Below, in pieces: positions 17,492 to 26,645 of a stretch of 64,000 nt of DNA; position 1 is the stretch's first letter, and each line of letters opens with the position of its first letter. The notes under the pieces are model-generated. The model did not search any database. It was not told the origin of the DNA and saw only the letters and a list, made by a program, of their open reading frames with translations. The stretch is from an uncultured Nitrososphaerota archaeon (lineage in GTDB: Archaea > Thermoproteota > Nitrososphaeria > Nitrososphaerales > Nitrosopumilaceae). The stretch is from NCBI GenBank assembly GCA_963701075.1, contig OY969559.1, positions 224,001-288,000 of the forward strand, given 5' to 3'. Made by a program: the position numbers and the translations under genes.

Positions 17492-18787
17492 TTGGCAGAC
17501 AAGAAGAAAAAGGCGCCAGAGCCAAAAAAGCAAGAGTCAAAACCCAATGTTGGCAGGTCAATCAAGCCACATCTTCTTTCCTGGGCAGTCTTTGTACCAA
17601 CTGTTGTCATAGTTTTTATCAGCTTGATACCGGTGGTCTTTCCCGCACTGATAGCAAGGACAACAAGCCAGTTTCAGGCAGCAGTCTTTAACCCAAATGT
17701 AATCAATCCGTTCCAGCCAGGAGTGCTTGCAGTGCCGCTGATTATAGTAAATATAATCATACTTGCAGTAGGCATTGCATATTACAAGAGGTCAAAGTGC
17801 AAGACATATTTTAAAAAAATTGCAAACTTTGAGGTATCACAGAAACAGGCATTAATTGGCGTAATTATCATACTTGCAGTCTTTGCAGCACTGACTGTAG
17901 GAACGTTATCAACTGAAGAGACATGGGGAGATTATAAATCTGTCAAAGAGAGAGTCCAGGGATGGGACATATCGCAGTTTGGCAAAAGCTTTGAGCCGCA
18001 TTTTAGATATCTTTTACTTTCTACCTCACTGCATGTATTTGGTAACATCAGAGTACTTCCATTTATCGTAAGCATAGCCCTGCTTGTTCAGACATACTTT
18101 TTTACAAAAAAGATCACAGGAAAAAGATTTGCAGGAATTGTCTCCATGGCATTGGTGCTTCAAAGCGATATCTTTGTAACATACAGTACCACAGCAAGCT
18201 ATGAGAATTCCTGGATACTGCTATATCTTTTCTCGCTGTATATGGTTTTAAAGTTCTGGCCGCCATCTCCGATACCATATATTCTCTCAATATTTTCAAA
18301 GCCCCTCACGCTTGCATTTCTCCCAATGAGCCTTTATTTTATCGCAAGATCTTCGCTTCCAAAAAAGTCCAAGATTTACTCTCTTGGTACATATGGTGTT
18401 ATCATAATCATAATTGCAGCAGCTACTGCTACATCATACAAGACAGACTTTACCGCGGGCGGCGCCATATCACTTGATGCCTCCCAATTCTGGCAGGGCT
18501 TTGCAGCAATGGCAATACAGATGAGGTTTGACTATATTGTGATACTATTTCTTTTACCATTAACGGTAATGCTCTTTTTTGCATCAAGAAGGGGAATACA
18601 GCATGCAGATTCTATTATGATATTTATGCTTGTCATACTATTGATATCTCCTTTCCTGACAGGGTTTACACGTCAGACAAATGAGCCCTACAGGTTCGTC
18701 TCGCTTTCAGTGTTTTTTGCAATAGGTGTTGGAGTACTGTTGTCTGACAAAGCTAGGAAACAGAACGAATTATTGTCCAGTACGTAG
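17492..18787 (+). CDS. Polytopic membrane protein, GT-C/PMT-like glycosyltransferase
   Basis: About 11 TM segments, periplasmic EE..GDY loop, EPYRF. Confidence 0.65.
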   Translation: MADKKKKAPEPKKQESKPNVGRSIKPHLLSWAVFVPTVVIVFISLIPVVFPALIARTTSQFQAAVFNPNVINPFQPGVLAVPLIIVNIIILAVGIAYYKRSKCKTYFKKIANFEVSQKQALIGVIIILAVFAALTVGTLSTEETWGDYKSVKERVQGWDISQFGKSFEPHFRYLLLSTSLHVFGNIRVLPFIVSIALLVQTYFFTKKITGKRFAGIVSMALVLQSDIFVTYSTTASYENSWILLYLFSLYMVLKFWPPSPIPYILSIFSKPLTLAFLPMSLYFIARSSLPKKSKIYSLGTYGVIIIIIAAATATSYKTDFTAGGAISLDASQFWQGFAAMAIQMRFDYIVILFLLPLTVMLFFASRRGIQHADSIMIFMLVILLISPFLTGFTRQTNEPYRFVSLSVFFAIGVGVLLSDKARKQNELLSST

Positions 18788-19202
18788 TTACCTTGTCTCC
18801 TGGTGCTACAGGATATCCGTCATGGTATGCAGCTGCCAGACCTATTTTTCCGCTTGGCGTACTTGCAGATATTATGTTCAGCGTCACTATGGTCGGAGAC
18901 GTGTGTACTGTAGTATCGTTTACTTGGAGGATCTCAAGGTTTTGCCCTCCAGCATTTATTAGATTTCTCTTGAACATGCCTATGTTTTCGTTTATCTGTT
19001 CGTTGAGCTGATCCGGATAATATATGGTAACACGCGGTGTCTCAATATATGCAACCAAGTTTCCTGACGAGTCCTGTACCTCTATCTGTGCATAAATTCC
19101 AAGTACCGATTGCTTCGAAGGACCTGTAGTCTGCGCAAAGGAATTTCCAGTTGACAGTACCAGAACAGAGCCTATCACCAGAACAAGCAGCAGTACGCGC
19201 AT
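18753..19202 (-). CDS. Secreted hypothetical protein
   Basis: Signal peptide MRVLLLVLVIGSVLVLSTGNSFA from ATG 19202. Confidence 0.7.
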   Translation of the reverse strand: MRVLLLVLVIGSVLVLSTGNSFAQTTGPSKQSVLGIYAQIEVQDSSGNLVAYIETPRVTIYYPDQLNEQINENIGMFKRNLINAGGQNLEILQVNDTTVHTSPTIVTLNIISASTPSGKIGLAAAYHDGYPVAPGDKVTTYWTIIRSVS

Positions 19203-19278
19203 AGTTTTTTTGGAATTGTTTTGGACTAATAAGCTTCTCGAAGAATATGGCAAATATTGTCTTTTCAATGTAGTGAAA

Positions 19279-19503
19279 TTACAAGAGAGTGATAAATTCC
19301 TCAACTGTCAATTCCGCCTCTTCCAATATAGCCTTCAACGTACCTTTGGCTATCTCTTTATGATTTGGTACTGTCAGTCTTTTATGCGGATGTTCTCTAT
19401 GTCTTAAAATTATATGACTTCCAGTTTGATGATCTGTATCGTACCCAATTTTTGATAATACCTTGATTACTTTTATGGCTGAAACTATTGGAATTTTAGG
19501 CAC
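19279..19503 (-). CDS. hicA: HicA toxin
   Basis: QTGSHIIL...LTVPNHKEIAKGTLKAIL. Confidence 0.93.
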   Translation of the reverse strand: MPKIPIVSAIKVIKVLSKIGYDTDHQTGSHIILRHREHPHKRLTVPNHKEIAKGTLKAILEEAELTVEEFITLL

Positions 19504-19705
19504 TTACTTCAACCAATTCTTCTTCTACATTTGGGAGAGGCTCATTATGTTTTTTTAGGCTTTGCAAGTATCCACGTACTGCATCCTTGATGTTAGTCAA
19601 AGCATCTTCTCGTGTCTTGCCCTGCGAGATACAACCTGGTAAGGATGGACATTTTGCTACAAATATGCCGTCCTCATCTTGCTGTATCAATATTCGATAT
19701 TTCAT
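19496..19705 (-). CDS. hicB: HicB antitoxin
   Basis: DEDGIFVAKCPSLPGCISQGKTREDAL. Confidence 0.93.
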   Translation of the reverse strand: MKYRILIQQDEDGIFVAKCPSLPGCISQGKTREDALTNIKDAVRGYLQSLKKHNEPLPNVEEELVEVSA

Positions 19706-19774
19706 TACTATTGTCCTTTGTGTTTTTTATTTACTTAAACGTTAACTTCTAGTATTTTATTATGTCTTTGACTA

Positions 19775-19782
19775 GTCAAATA
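19775..19782 (+). repeat. 8-bp target-site duplication, left (GTCAAATA)
   Basis: Identical direct repeat at 21059-21066, each directly abutting a TIR. Confidence 0.9.
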
Positions 19783-21058
19783 GGTTCTGTCAACTTGATG
19801 GCTCATCCTACAAGTAAACTCGGCGCAATCTGCTCCACATCTTTGGACTGCTTCATCGCTTCATCTTGCACTGCGTCAGGCTCGAACCGTGCTGGTTCTT
19901 TCTGTTTCAGCATTGCCAAGCCTCTAGCCAGAATGTTTCTGCTGGCGTTTTTGTCCCTGTCTATTATAACACAACAGGTCGGACATCTCATCATTCGATG
20001 CTCTTCGGGTATCATTTTTGACCCACATACCGCACACTTCGATGAAGTCCCATTTGGTTTTACATAAATCACTTCAAGGCCGTTACAATCAACTGACTTG
20101 TATTTGATCATCTTTTGCAACTTGAATCGTGACCACGAGTTTAGTCTGAATCTAAACCTTTTTCCCTGACCGTTTCCTTTTCTGTACAATTTTCTTATTC
20201 CAGTGAGATTCTCCATTATGACCTGCCTGCCCTGTGATACAATCTCACTTGATTTCTGGTGCAGGAATGTATCTTCTCTGTTCTTTTGTTTCTTGCCATA
20301 TTTTTGTTTGAGTCTCTTCTGTATTCTGGCATCGTTTCTTGTAAAGTGCGACAGTACATCTCTGTATTTTGCCTTCATTGATGCAATATCAGACATGTCT
20401 AGTACCATGGTGGTGCTGGTTTCGTCCGTGCCAGTTGCGTTCTCAAGGTTCATGTCAATTCCAATGTATCCAGCCGGTTCCTTTCTTGATATCCCTCTTG
20501 TATAAGATATGGATAATTTTTTACCAGTTAATGTAATCTCTCCTAGTTTCAGACCTGGTTGTAGTAGAACATTATAGACATGGTGATTGAGAGGGATGTA
20601 GACAAACTGTCTTGGTCTAACCGGAAACTTGAGGTGGTTGTGGACTAGCTCGTATCTCTGGTTATCAATTACAAGTATGCGTCTTTTCATGAATGGTATC
20701 TTTACACTTGCATTCTTCTTTTTAGCTCGACGATAGTTTTTGAGCATGGCACAAGCCTTCCAGATTGCAGTGTAGACATATCCAGAATACATCATCTTGT
20801 TGAATTTTGGGTAGACAAGACTACGCAGTTTGAATCGTGAAGTGATACCATGTTTGATACCAAGCCTTATTGCCTCGTTTACAACAGACCTGAAATCCTC
20901 CATCACTGGCACAATCTCAGTACAGCTATGATTCTGTGTTGCACACTTGACTGATAACATTGTAGGCTTTTGATATCTCTGATCTTCTTAAGAAGGAGGT
21001 AATTGTGATATGTCGCAAGTTTACAATGTCTGCCACGAGCCATCAAGTTGGCAGAACC
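19783..21058 (-). mobile_element. Non-autonomous TnpB element with 22-bp IS6-like TIRs (1276 bp)
   Basis: TIRs GGTTCTGTCAACTTGATGGCTC (19783-19804) and GAGCCATCAAGTTGGCAGAACC (21037-21058), 21/22 match; 8-bp TSD; only tnpB inside. Confidence 0.9.
19803..20960 (-). CDS. tnpB: TnpB RNA-guided endonuclease
   Basis: RuvC-I IGIDMN, RuvC-II MENL, Zn finger CAVC..CPTC, RuvC-III DRDKNASRNI; catalytic D-E-D intact. Confidence 0.93.
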   Translation of the reverse strand: MLSVKCATQNHSCTEIVPVMEDFRSVVNEAIRLGIKHGITSRFKLRSLVYPKFNKMMYSGYVYTAIWKACAMLKNYRRAKKKNASVKIPFMKRRILVIDNQRYELVHNHLKFPVRPRQFVYIPLNHHVYNVLLQPGLKLGEITLTGKKLSISYTRGISRKEPAGYIGIDMNLENATGTDETSTTMVLDMSDIASMKAKYRDVLSHFTRNDARIQKRLKQKYGKKQKNREDTFLHQKSSEIVSQGRQVIMENLTGIRKLYRKGNGQGKRFRFRLNSWSRFKLQKMIKYKSVDCNGLEVIYVKPNGTSSKCAVCGSKMIPEEHRMMRCPTCCVIIDRDKNASRNILARGLAMLKQKEPARFEPDAVQDEAMKQSKDVEQIAPSLLVG

Positions 21059-21066
21059 GTCAAATA
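21059..21066 (+). repeat. 8-bp target-site duplication, right (GTCAAATA)
   Basis: Identical to 19775-19782. Confidence 0.9.
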
Positions 21067-21100
21067 ACATTATTAATGGAACTAAATAGAATTCCAACGA

Positions 21101-21173
21101 AGCCCGGTAGTGTAGCGGTCAAGCATAGGGGCCTTTGGAGCCCTTGACCCCAGTTCGAATCTGGGCCGGGCTA
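21101..21173 (+). tRNA. tRNA-Gln(TTG)
   Basis: Acceptor AGCCCGG/CCGGGCT, anticodon loop CT-TTG-GA, T loop TTCGAAT. Confidence 0.95.
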
Positions 21174-21227
21174 CTTTTAAAATCAAATTCCTCAAAATAT
21201 CATCACATGTAGTTCATGTGCGGCACA

Positions 21228-21449
21228 TTAACTGGCGGCATAAGATGCGGCAAGATAGTTATTCCAACCAGAACCGGTACAACAAACAAGAGTACAGGTA
21301 TTGTAGCAAGAAGTATTCCAAGCAAGAGACAGACTTCTGGCCTTTTTTGGATCATCATCACGAATAACAAAATATGCAACTATTCCTCCCAGTACGTTAA
21401 ACACAATAGGCAACAGGAACCATAGACTGCTTCTTCTTCTAATTTGCAC
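21228..21449 (-). CDS. Small membrane protein (probably frameshifted after KKAR)
   Basis: WFLLPIVFNVLGGIVAYFVIRDDDPKKA. Confidence 0.6.
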   Translation of the reverse strand: MQIRRRSSLWFLLPIVFNVLGGIVAYFVIRDDDPKKARSLSLAWNTSCYNTCTLVCCTGSGWNNYLAASYAAS

Positions 21450-21502
21450 GGTATAGATAACACGTTTTTTACATTTAAACCATGTCTGCAGGCACGCCCG
21501 GT

Positions 21503-22196
21503 TTACAGATGCATCTTTGCTAATGCGTGTTCTAGTGATTTGTGTATCACATAGAACGGCATGCTGTCACTTACACTTTGTGTTCCTGAATATGGGTTGC
21601 ATATTTCATATCCAGCAAATCCATTTGCATTCTGGTGGAATGTAGCCAGTGCTTCTGCAAGGCAGACTGGATTTGTCATTACTGGAGAGGTTACATCTCC
21701 ACCTGCCGACTTGCTGCCAACTACTTCAACTTGAGATACATCATTGACGACGACTACACCGGAGAGTAGGTTATTGATTCCACTAGAAGTAGATGCTATA
21801 CTGTTTGGCAACAGCACTGGAGTCGTGTTAGTATACAATGTCAATGTAGTTCCAGATATGGTATAGTGAGCTGTCTTGTCTACCCAGGCGTAGTTACTGT
21901 TAACAGATCTTTGGAATTGAATTACGTAGACTACATCCAGGATTGGACTGGTTAGTTAGTTCCTGCACTAGACCAATATACGAATATGTCTCGTTATGCT
22001 GTGTCAGCACTTTTTCAGTCATATTAACTACTTTGGAGTTGATAGACTGGTCTATGGGTTGCAAGACACAGACTGTCTTCTGTGTTACCTGGGCATGAGC
22101 AGTCATTGCGGGTATCACACATGTATCTACTGAAAAGAGAACCATCAGAGATATGGCGGCCAGTATCACCGGTTTCCAGCTTGCAAACTCAGACAA
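21503..22196 (-). CDS. Secreted hypothetical protein, split by one frameshift near 21915
   Basis: Signal peptide in 21900-22196; alternate frame continues FQRSVNSNYAWVDK...TLTLYTNT into 21503-21844. Confidence 0.55.
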
Positions 22197-22362
22197 GTGG
22201 GACCTCCGCCAGCTTTAGATTGTTTTTTGATACGTAGAAATCAACTATAATATCAAGTTCATTTGAGATGGTTCTCTTTTCAAGATCAGACAGTTGCCTC
22301 AATTTCTTAAAGACTGCTTCCTTGAGTGTAGCCGTTGTGAATCCTTTGGCTTTCTTGCCCAT
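22189..22362 (-). CDS. Ribbon-helix-helix protein (57 aa; not in ORF track)
   Basis: MGKKAKGFTTATLKEAVFKKLRQLSDLEKRTISNELDIIVDFY... Confidence 0.75.
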   Translation of the reverse strand: MGKKAKGFTTATLKEAVFKKLRQLSDLEKRTISNELDIIVDFYVSKNNLKLAEVPLV

Positions 22363-22466
22363 ACAGTAACTTTACTGTATATTGTAATATAAAAATCTAC
22401 AGTAATTTTACTGTACGTATATCCAAAGTTAATCTTAAATGAACAAATACGGTAACTTTACCGTAT
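22361..22466. promoter_or_regulatory. Three palindromic operators TAC(A/G)GTAA-NN-TTAC(T/C)GTA between divergent RHH genes
   Basis: 22361-22380, 22398-22415, 22447-22466; the outer two overlap the start codons. Confidence 0.85.
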
Positions 22467-22653
22467 GGCAAGAAAGGACTGGGTCAGCGCAAACATCCCT
22501 GTGGGACTGGCAGAGAGACTGGACGAGTTTCTAAAGACAGAGGATTCCTACAAGATGGGCTTTACCAGTAGAAACCAGATAATTGTAGATATAGTCAAGG
22601 ACTTTTTGCAGACGTGGGAATCCAAAGGCGAGAAACGTAGATCAAAAGGCTAG
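22465..22653 (+). CDS. Ribbon-helix-helix (CopG/Arc-like) regulator
   Basis: WVSANIPVGLAERLDEFL...GFTSRNQIIVDIVKDFL. Confidence 0.85.
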   Translation: MARKDWVSANIPVGLAERLDEFLKTEDSYKMGFTSRNQIIVDIVKDFLQTWESKGEKRRSKG

Positions 22654-22664
22654 GGGCACATTTA

Positions 22665-23426
22665 CTATATCTCAAGTCTTGAAAGCAATTTTGTTGCTAT
22701 ACTAAAAAATACCACAGCAAGAACAGTCAGAACAATCATCTCGTACCCAGTGGTACCAGTAAAGTTGCCAAATATTCCAGCACGCACCACATCGACAAGA
22801 TATGTCAGTGGATTGAGATAAAATGCCGTTGCAAGAATTGGAGGAGCACCCTGTGCAGGATAAAATGCGGTACTTACAAATGCAAAAAACAAAAATGCCG
22901 TATTGATTACCACATTGAACCCCTCGCTTGATTTTAGCCTGGTGGATATGATGGATGCAATGGAGCCAAATAGTATGGCACCAGTCATTGAAGCAAAGAC
23001 AACAAGAGGTATGGTCAGTACATTAAACTCTACTGACTTGAAAAATATGGGATACCCAATTGCTGTTATCAATCCAGCAGATACAAGCCCAATGATTCCA
23101 ATTGTATATACATTTGACAGGATATATTGCGCGCGGGTAAATGGACCGACCAAAATCTGCTCAAACATTCCATGCCTTCGGTCATTCCAGATTATGATAC
23201 CGGAGATCAGGGTGCTGTTCATTATATTAAAGCCAATCATGCCAGATGCGATAAATGCAGGATAGTTGAGACTCTTTGAGCCAAACGGGACACTGTGAAT
23301 CAGTGCAGTATATGCAAACCCTGCAACGAAAATATAGATGACAGGAAATATCACCTGCCATATCACAAAGCCCATGTTGAGCGATATGGTAAGATTTCTA
23401 TTTACCAGACGAAATATTGGATGCAT
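22665..23426 (-). CDS. ABC-2 type exporter permease
   Basis: Six TM segments; FYP..., NPLTYLVDVVR. Confidence 0.9.
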   Translation of the reverse strand: MHPIFRLVNRNLTISLNMGFVIWQVIFPVIYIFVAGFAYTALIHSVPFGSKSLNYPAFIASGMIGFNIMNSTLISGIIIWNDRRHGMFEQILVGPFTRAQYILSNVYTIGIIGLVSAGLITAIGYPIFFKSVEFNVLTIPLVVFASMTGAILFGSIASIISTRLKSSEGFNVVINTAFLFFAFVSTAFYPAQGAPPILATAFYLNPLTYLVDVVRAGIFGNFTGTTGYEMIVLTVLAVVFFSIATKLLSRLEI

Positions 23427-24348
23427 TGGAATTTTTCACCACTGTAAGAAAGATCTCCTCGAGGCTTGTTGGGACCACACTCAAGTCCTCTATTGGGATA
23501 TTGTTTGATTGTAATACCTGCAAAATTTTTACCAAAACCTGCTCCGAGTCTGCAGAATGTATTGTAATAACAGTACCTTCATCATGGGAAACCTCATAGT
23601 TTCCAACCCCCTGCAATATACCTGAGATCTCTTGCATGTGTCCTATGCGAATCTTGATTGTCTTTTCCCTTCCAAACTTGTTTTTGAGCTCGTCCGGGGT
23701 ATCAACAGCAATAATTTTTCCCCGGTTTATTATGGCAATCTCGTCGCATAGATATTCTGCCTCCTCAAGTATGTGTGTTGTAAAAAATATCGTCAACCCA
23801 TCGCGCACCTTTCCCTTGATATAGTCAAGCAGTCCCCTTCGTGCAGATGGGTCAAGCCCTGCTGTTGGCTCGTCTAAAAACAAGAGATCCATGTCATGCA
23901 TAAACTCTCGTGCAACCTGGACCCGTCTTCTCTGTCCAATAGAGATATCATCATTCTTCTTTTTTCTTATATCCTGCAGGTCAAAAGCCGTGAGAAGTTC
24001 CTCCACCCTGTCGCGTCTTGTCTTGATATCGATATCCCACATCATGCCATACTTCTCAAGGGATTTTTCTACAGTAAGTGTTGGTTCGTAGCTTGGCTGC
24101 TGTAACACCACGCCAATCTTTTTTCGCACATCAAGAGGGTGTCGCGATGCATCAATTCCAAGAATAGTGATAGTACCGCTGCTTGGAGGAATCAATGTAG
24201 TCAAAAGTTTCATGGTGGTTGTCTTGCCAGCACCATTTGGCCCCAAAAATCCAAATATCTTGCCAGACTCTACTGACAAATCAATGCCATCAACTGCTGT
24301 GACATTTCCATATGATCTAAAAAGAGATTTTGCCTCGATGCAGAGCAT
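23398..24348 (-). CDS. ABC transporter ATP-binding protein (DrrA-like)
   Basis: GPNGAGKTT, SIGQRRR, LFLDEPT. Confidence 0.95.
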   Translation of the reverse strand: MLCIEAKSLFRSYGNVTAVDGIDLSVESGKIFGFLGPNGAGKTTTMKLLTTLIPPSSGTITILGIDASRHPLDVRKKIGVVLQQPSYEPTLTVEKSLEKYGMMWDIDIKTRRDRVEELLTAFDLQDIRKKKNDDISIGQRRRVQVAREFMHDMDLLFLDEPTAGLDPSARRGLLDYIKGKVRDGLTIFFTTHILEEAEYLCDEIAIINRGKIIAVDTPDELKNKFGREKTIKIRIGHMQEISGILQGVGNYEVSHDEGTVITIHSADSEQVLVKILQVLQSNNIPIEDLSVVPTSLEEIFLTVVKNSNASNISSGK

Positions 24349-24374
24349 TTAATGACTTTCTTTCTCCTACTAAT

Positions 24375-24677
24375 TTATCTACTGAAATTCAGACTTTTTG
24401 TTAAATGCGGTTTCATTTTTGAATTTATTCTCTTTGGCTGAGCATATTGATAGACTTCTTGCAGCCGTTTAGGGTTTAATGCAAACTGCGGACCATAAGA
24501 CGTTGGATGCTGTAAGACCAGATTTTCTTTTACCAGTTTTTTTAATTTCTTATCGATATCACCCTTTAGATGAGAAGGAAACCCAGTTTTCAAGTTCTCA
24601 AGCGAGATGTGTTTTTTGCCTATCCTGTTATCATAATATAACTTTCTTAGAATGGCACTGCTTACATCATCCAGCAA
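24375..24677 (-). CDS. Small winged-helix protein, family A copy 2
   Basis: Paralog of 7069-7320. Confidence 0.8.
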   Translation of the reverse strand: MLDDVSSAILRKLYYDNRIGKKHISLENLKTGFPSHLKGDIDKKLKKLVKENLVLQHPTSYGPQFALNPKRLQEVYQYAQPKRINSKMKPHLTKSLNFSR

Positions 24678-24721
24678 TGATTTTATGAGACAGCCTAGGC
24701 ATTTAACTATTATGTAATTAT

Positions 24722-24739
24722 TTACCTAACAATAGGTAA
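24722..24739. promoter_or_regulatory. Palindromic operator between the divergent wHTH pair
   Basis: TTACCTA-ACAA-TAGGTAA; related TTACATACATATGGTAA at 7365-7381 in the paralogous spacer. Confidence 0.6.
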
Positions 24740-24771
24740 TTATATTAATAATATTAACAATAATACTAGAC

Positions 24772-25128
24772 ATGGTAAAAAGGGCTCTTTCGAAGAACAA
24801 GACATTACAAAACGGCCCACTAGAGAGCGTGTTTCCAGGAAGTACATCAAAGATTCTAGATTTCCTCGCAACTTTCAAAGATTGGGACTATTCCATATCA
24901 GACATTGCCAAGAATTCTGGAATCTCTTTTAAGACGGCATTGAACGAAATAAGAAATCTAGAACGGCAAGATGTAGTTTCCAGAACAAGGATTGTAGGAA
25001 AGGCCATAATGTATAAACTAAATCTAGAATCAAAACAAGGGTCCTACATTGACAAGCTAATATTTGAAATTGCCACAAAACGAGCTCTTGAAACAAAGAA
25101 TAGCGGCAAAGCTAAGATAACAGTGTAG
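24772..25128 (+). CDS. ArsR-like wHTH regulator, family B copy 2
   Basis: Paralog of 7399-7887 without the C-terminal tail. Confidence 0.8.
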   Translation: MVKRALSKNKTLQNGPLESVFPGSTSKILDFLATFKDWDYSISDIAKNSGISFKTALNEIRNLERQDVVSRTRIVGKAIMYKLNLESKQGSYIDKLIFEIATKRALETKNSGKAKITV

Positions 25129-25246
25129 ATCGCCCAGATTAAAAGATCAACTTTTTTGTTACTAGAAAGTTGTCCAAGTATGAAATACAGTAGATCGCGG
25201 TAGGTCAAAAATTCTTATTAATACACAGATCTTAATTGAGTTTGAT

Positions 25247-26645
25247 TTGTCCGAATTTGATTCATTGATGAATAAACTTCTTGAGCAAAAACCAGAGATC
25301 TCAAGACAAGATATAGAAGAGATGATCCAAAAAAAGAAAGAAAAGATAGGCGCAGGTTATCTTACAGACCAAGGTGCCCTCTTTCTTATTGCGTCAGACC
25401 TTGGCGTATCATTGAGCGAGCCGTTAAAGGTCGAGATGGGCCTCAAGGACCTCTATGTTGGTGCAAAGGAGATTACACTTGAGACACGAGTGATGAATAT
25501 CTATCCAGCAAAGCAATTCTCAAGAAAGGACGGTACCCAGTTTCTTTTGCGTAACATGACAGTATATGACGGAGACTCTAGAGCAAAGGTAAAGCTATGG
25601 GATGAAAAGGCAAACCTTCCCGGAATAGAGAATCTCAAGCCAGGGGACCTCGTTAGGATAATCAAGGCATATGTAAAATCTGACATGAAGGGCAATCCGA
25701 TAATCAACGTCGGTTCAGGTTCCACAGTAGAGCCAAACAGCACACAAAGCAAGATCCCAGGCCTTGATGCAATAACAGACAACGTATCAAACGTAAAGGA
25801 GAACCAACAGAATCTAGTGGTATCAGGAATTTTGGATGGAAACATCCGCACTACAGAGTTTACTAATTTCAAGGGAGAGCCAAGCAAGGCATTGCAGCTT
25901 CGACTAAAGGGCAATGACGGTACAATAATTCGCGCCGTACTGTGGAACAAGGACGAGAACTCGGTTCCAAAGGTAGTCTCTCCTGGTGCAAAGGCAAGAT
26001 TGATTGGAGTTAACACAAAGATGGGCCAGATGGGACTTGAGCTTCATGGAGATGAGGGAACTGTACTGGAGATAGAGGGAGGAAAAGAGATAGAGAAAAT
26101 GGTTGTAAGAATTTTGTCTGCCGCAAAGAGTGAGTCGGGAAGCAGGCTGCTTGTTGTAACAGCACAAGACAAAAAGCTTAGTAAATATCGTAGATGCCTC
26201 TTCAATCACATCAAACCTCAGTGTTGGCGATGTCATCGAACTCTTGCCATCAAAGATATACGGGAACTCTGTGACAATTGAACAAGATTCCCCTGTAAAA
26301 AAAATTGATGATCAAAAGATGCCGACGTTATCAGATGTCAGGACAAAGATAAGAGATGTCAAGCCATCAGATGGAATCTATTGCGTCGAGGCCATAATTT
26401 TAAAAGCTCCACAAAAGCGCGAGGTACAAACAAAGACAGGCGAGTCCATCTCACTTTCCGAGACATTCATAGAAGATGACACAGGACAGATATGGCTCAA
26501 GGGCTGGCGCACACAAGCAAGGCTGCTAGAACAGTTCACCCAAGGTGAGATAATCAGCGTTACAGGTGTTACTGCAAAGCCAGGTCTTGAGGGAAGAACA
26601 GAGATATTTCTTACCGCATATTCAGTCGTTACAAAAAAGAACTAG
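25247..26645 (+). CDS. Replication protein A-like multi-OB-fold ssDNA-binding protein (frameshift near 26180)
   Basis: OB folds with KLWDEKA, VLWNK, DDTGQIWLKGW; two ORFs joined by a 1-nt indel. Confidence 0.8.

Noticed and set aside
19150-19378. IS6-like end motifs at 19151 and 19367
   Set aside because: Both are inside intact coding sequences; they are chance matches and serve as a caution for the weak hits.
19803-20960. Cas12f/Cas14 assignment for the TnpB genes
   Set aside because: No CRISPR array or cas1/2/4 nearby; transposon ends are present.
21174-22660. attL/attR pair for an element integrated at tRNA-Gln
   Set aside because: No second copy of the tRNA 3' end was found in the window.
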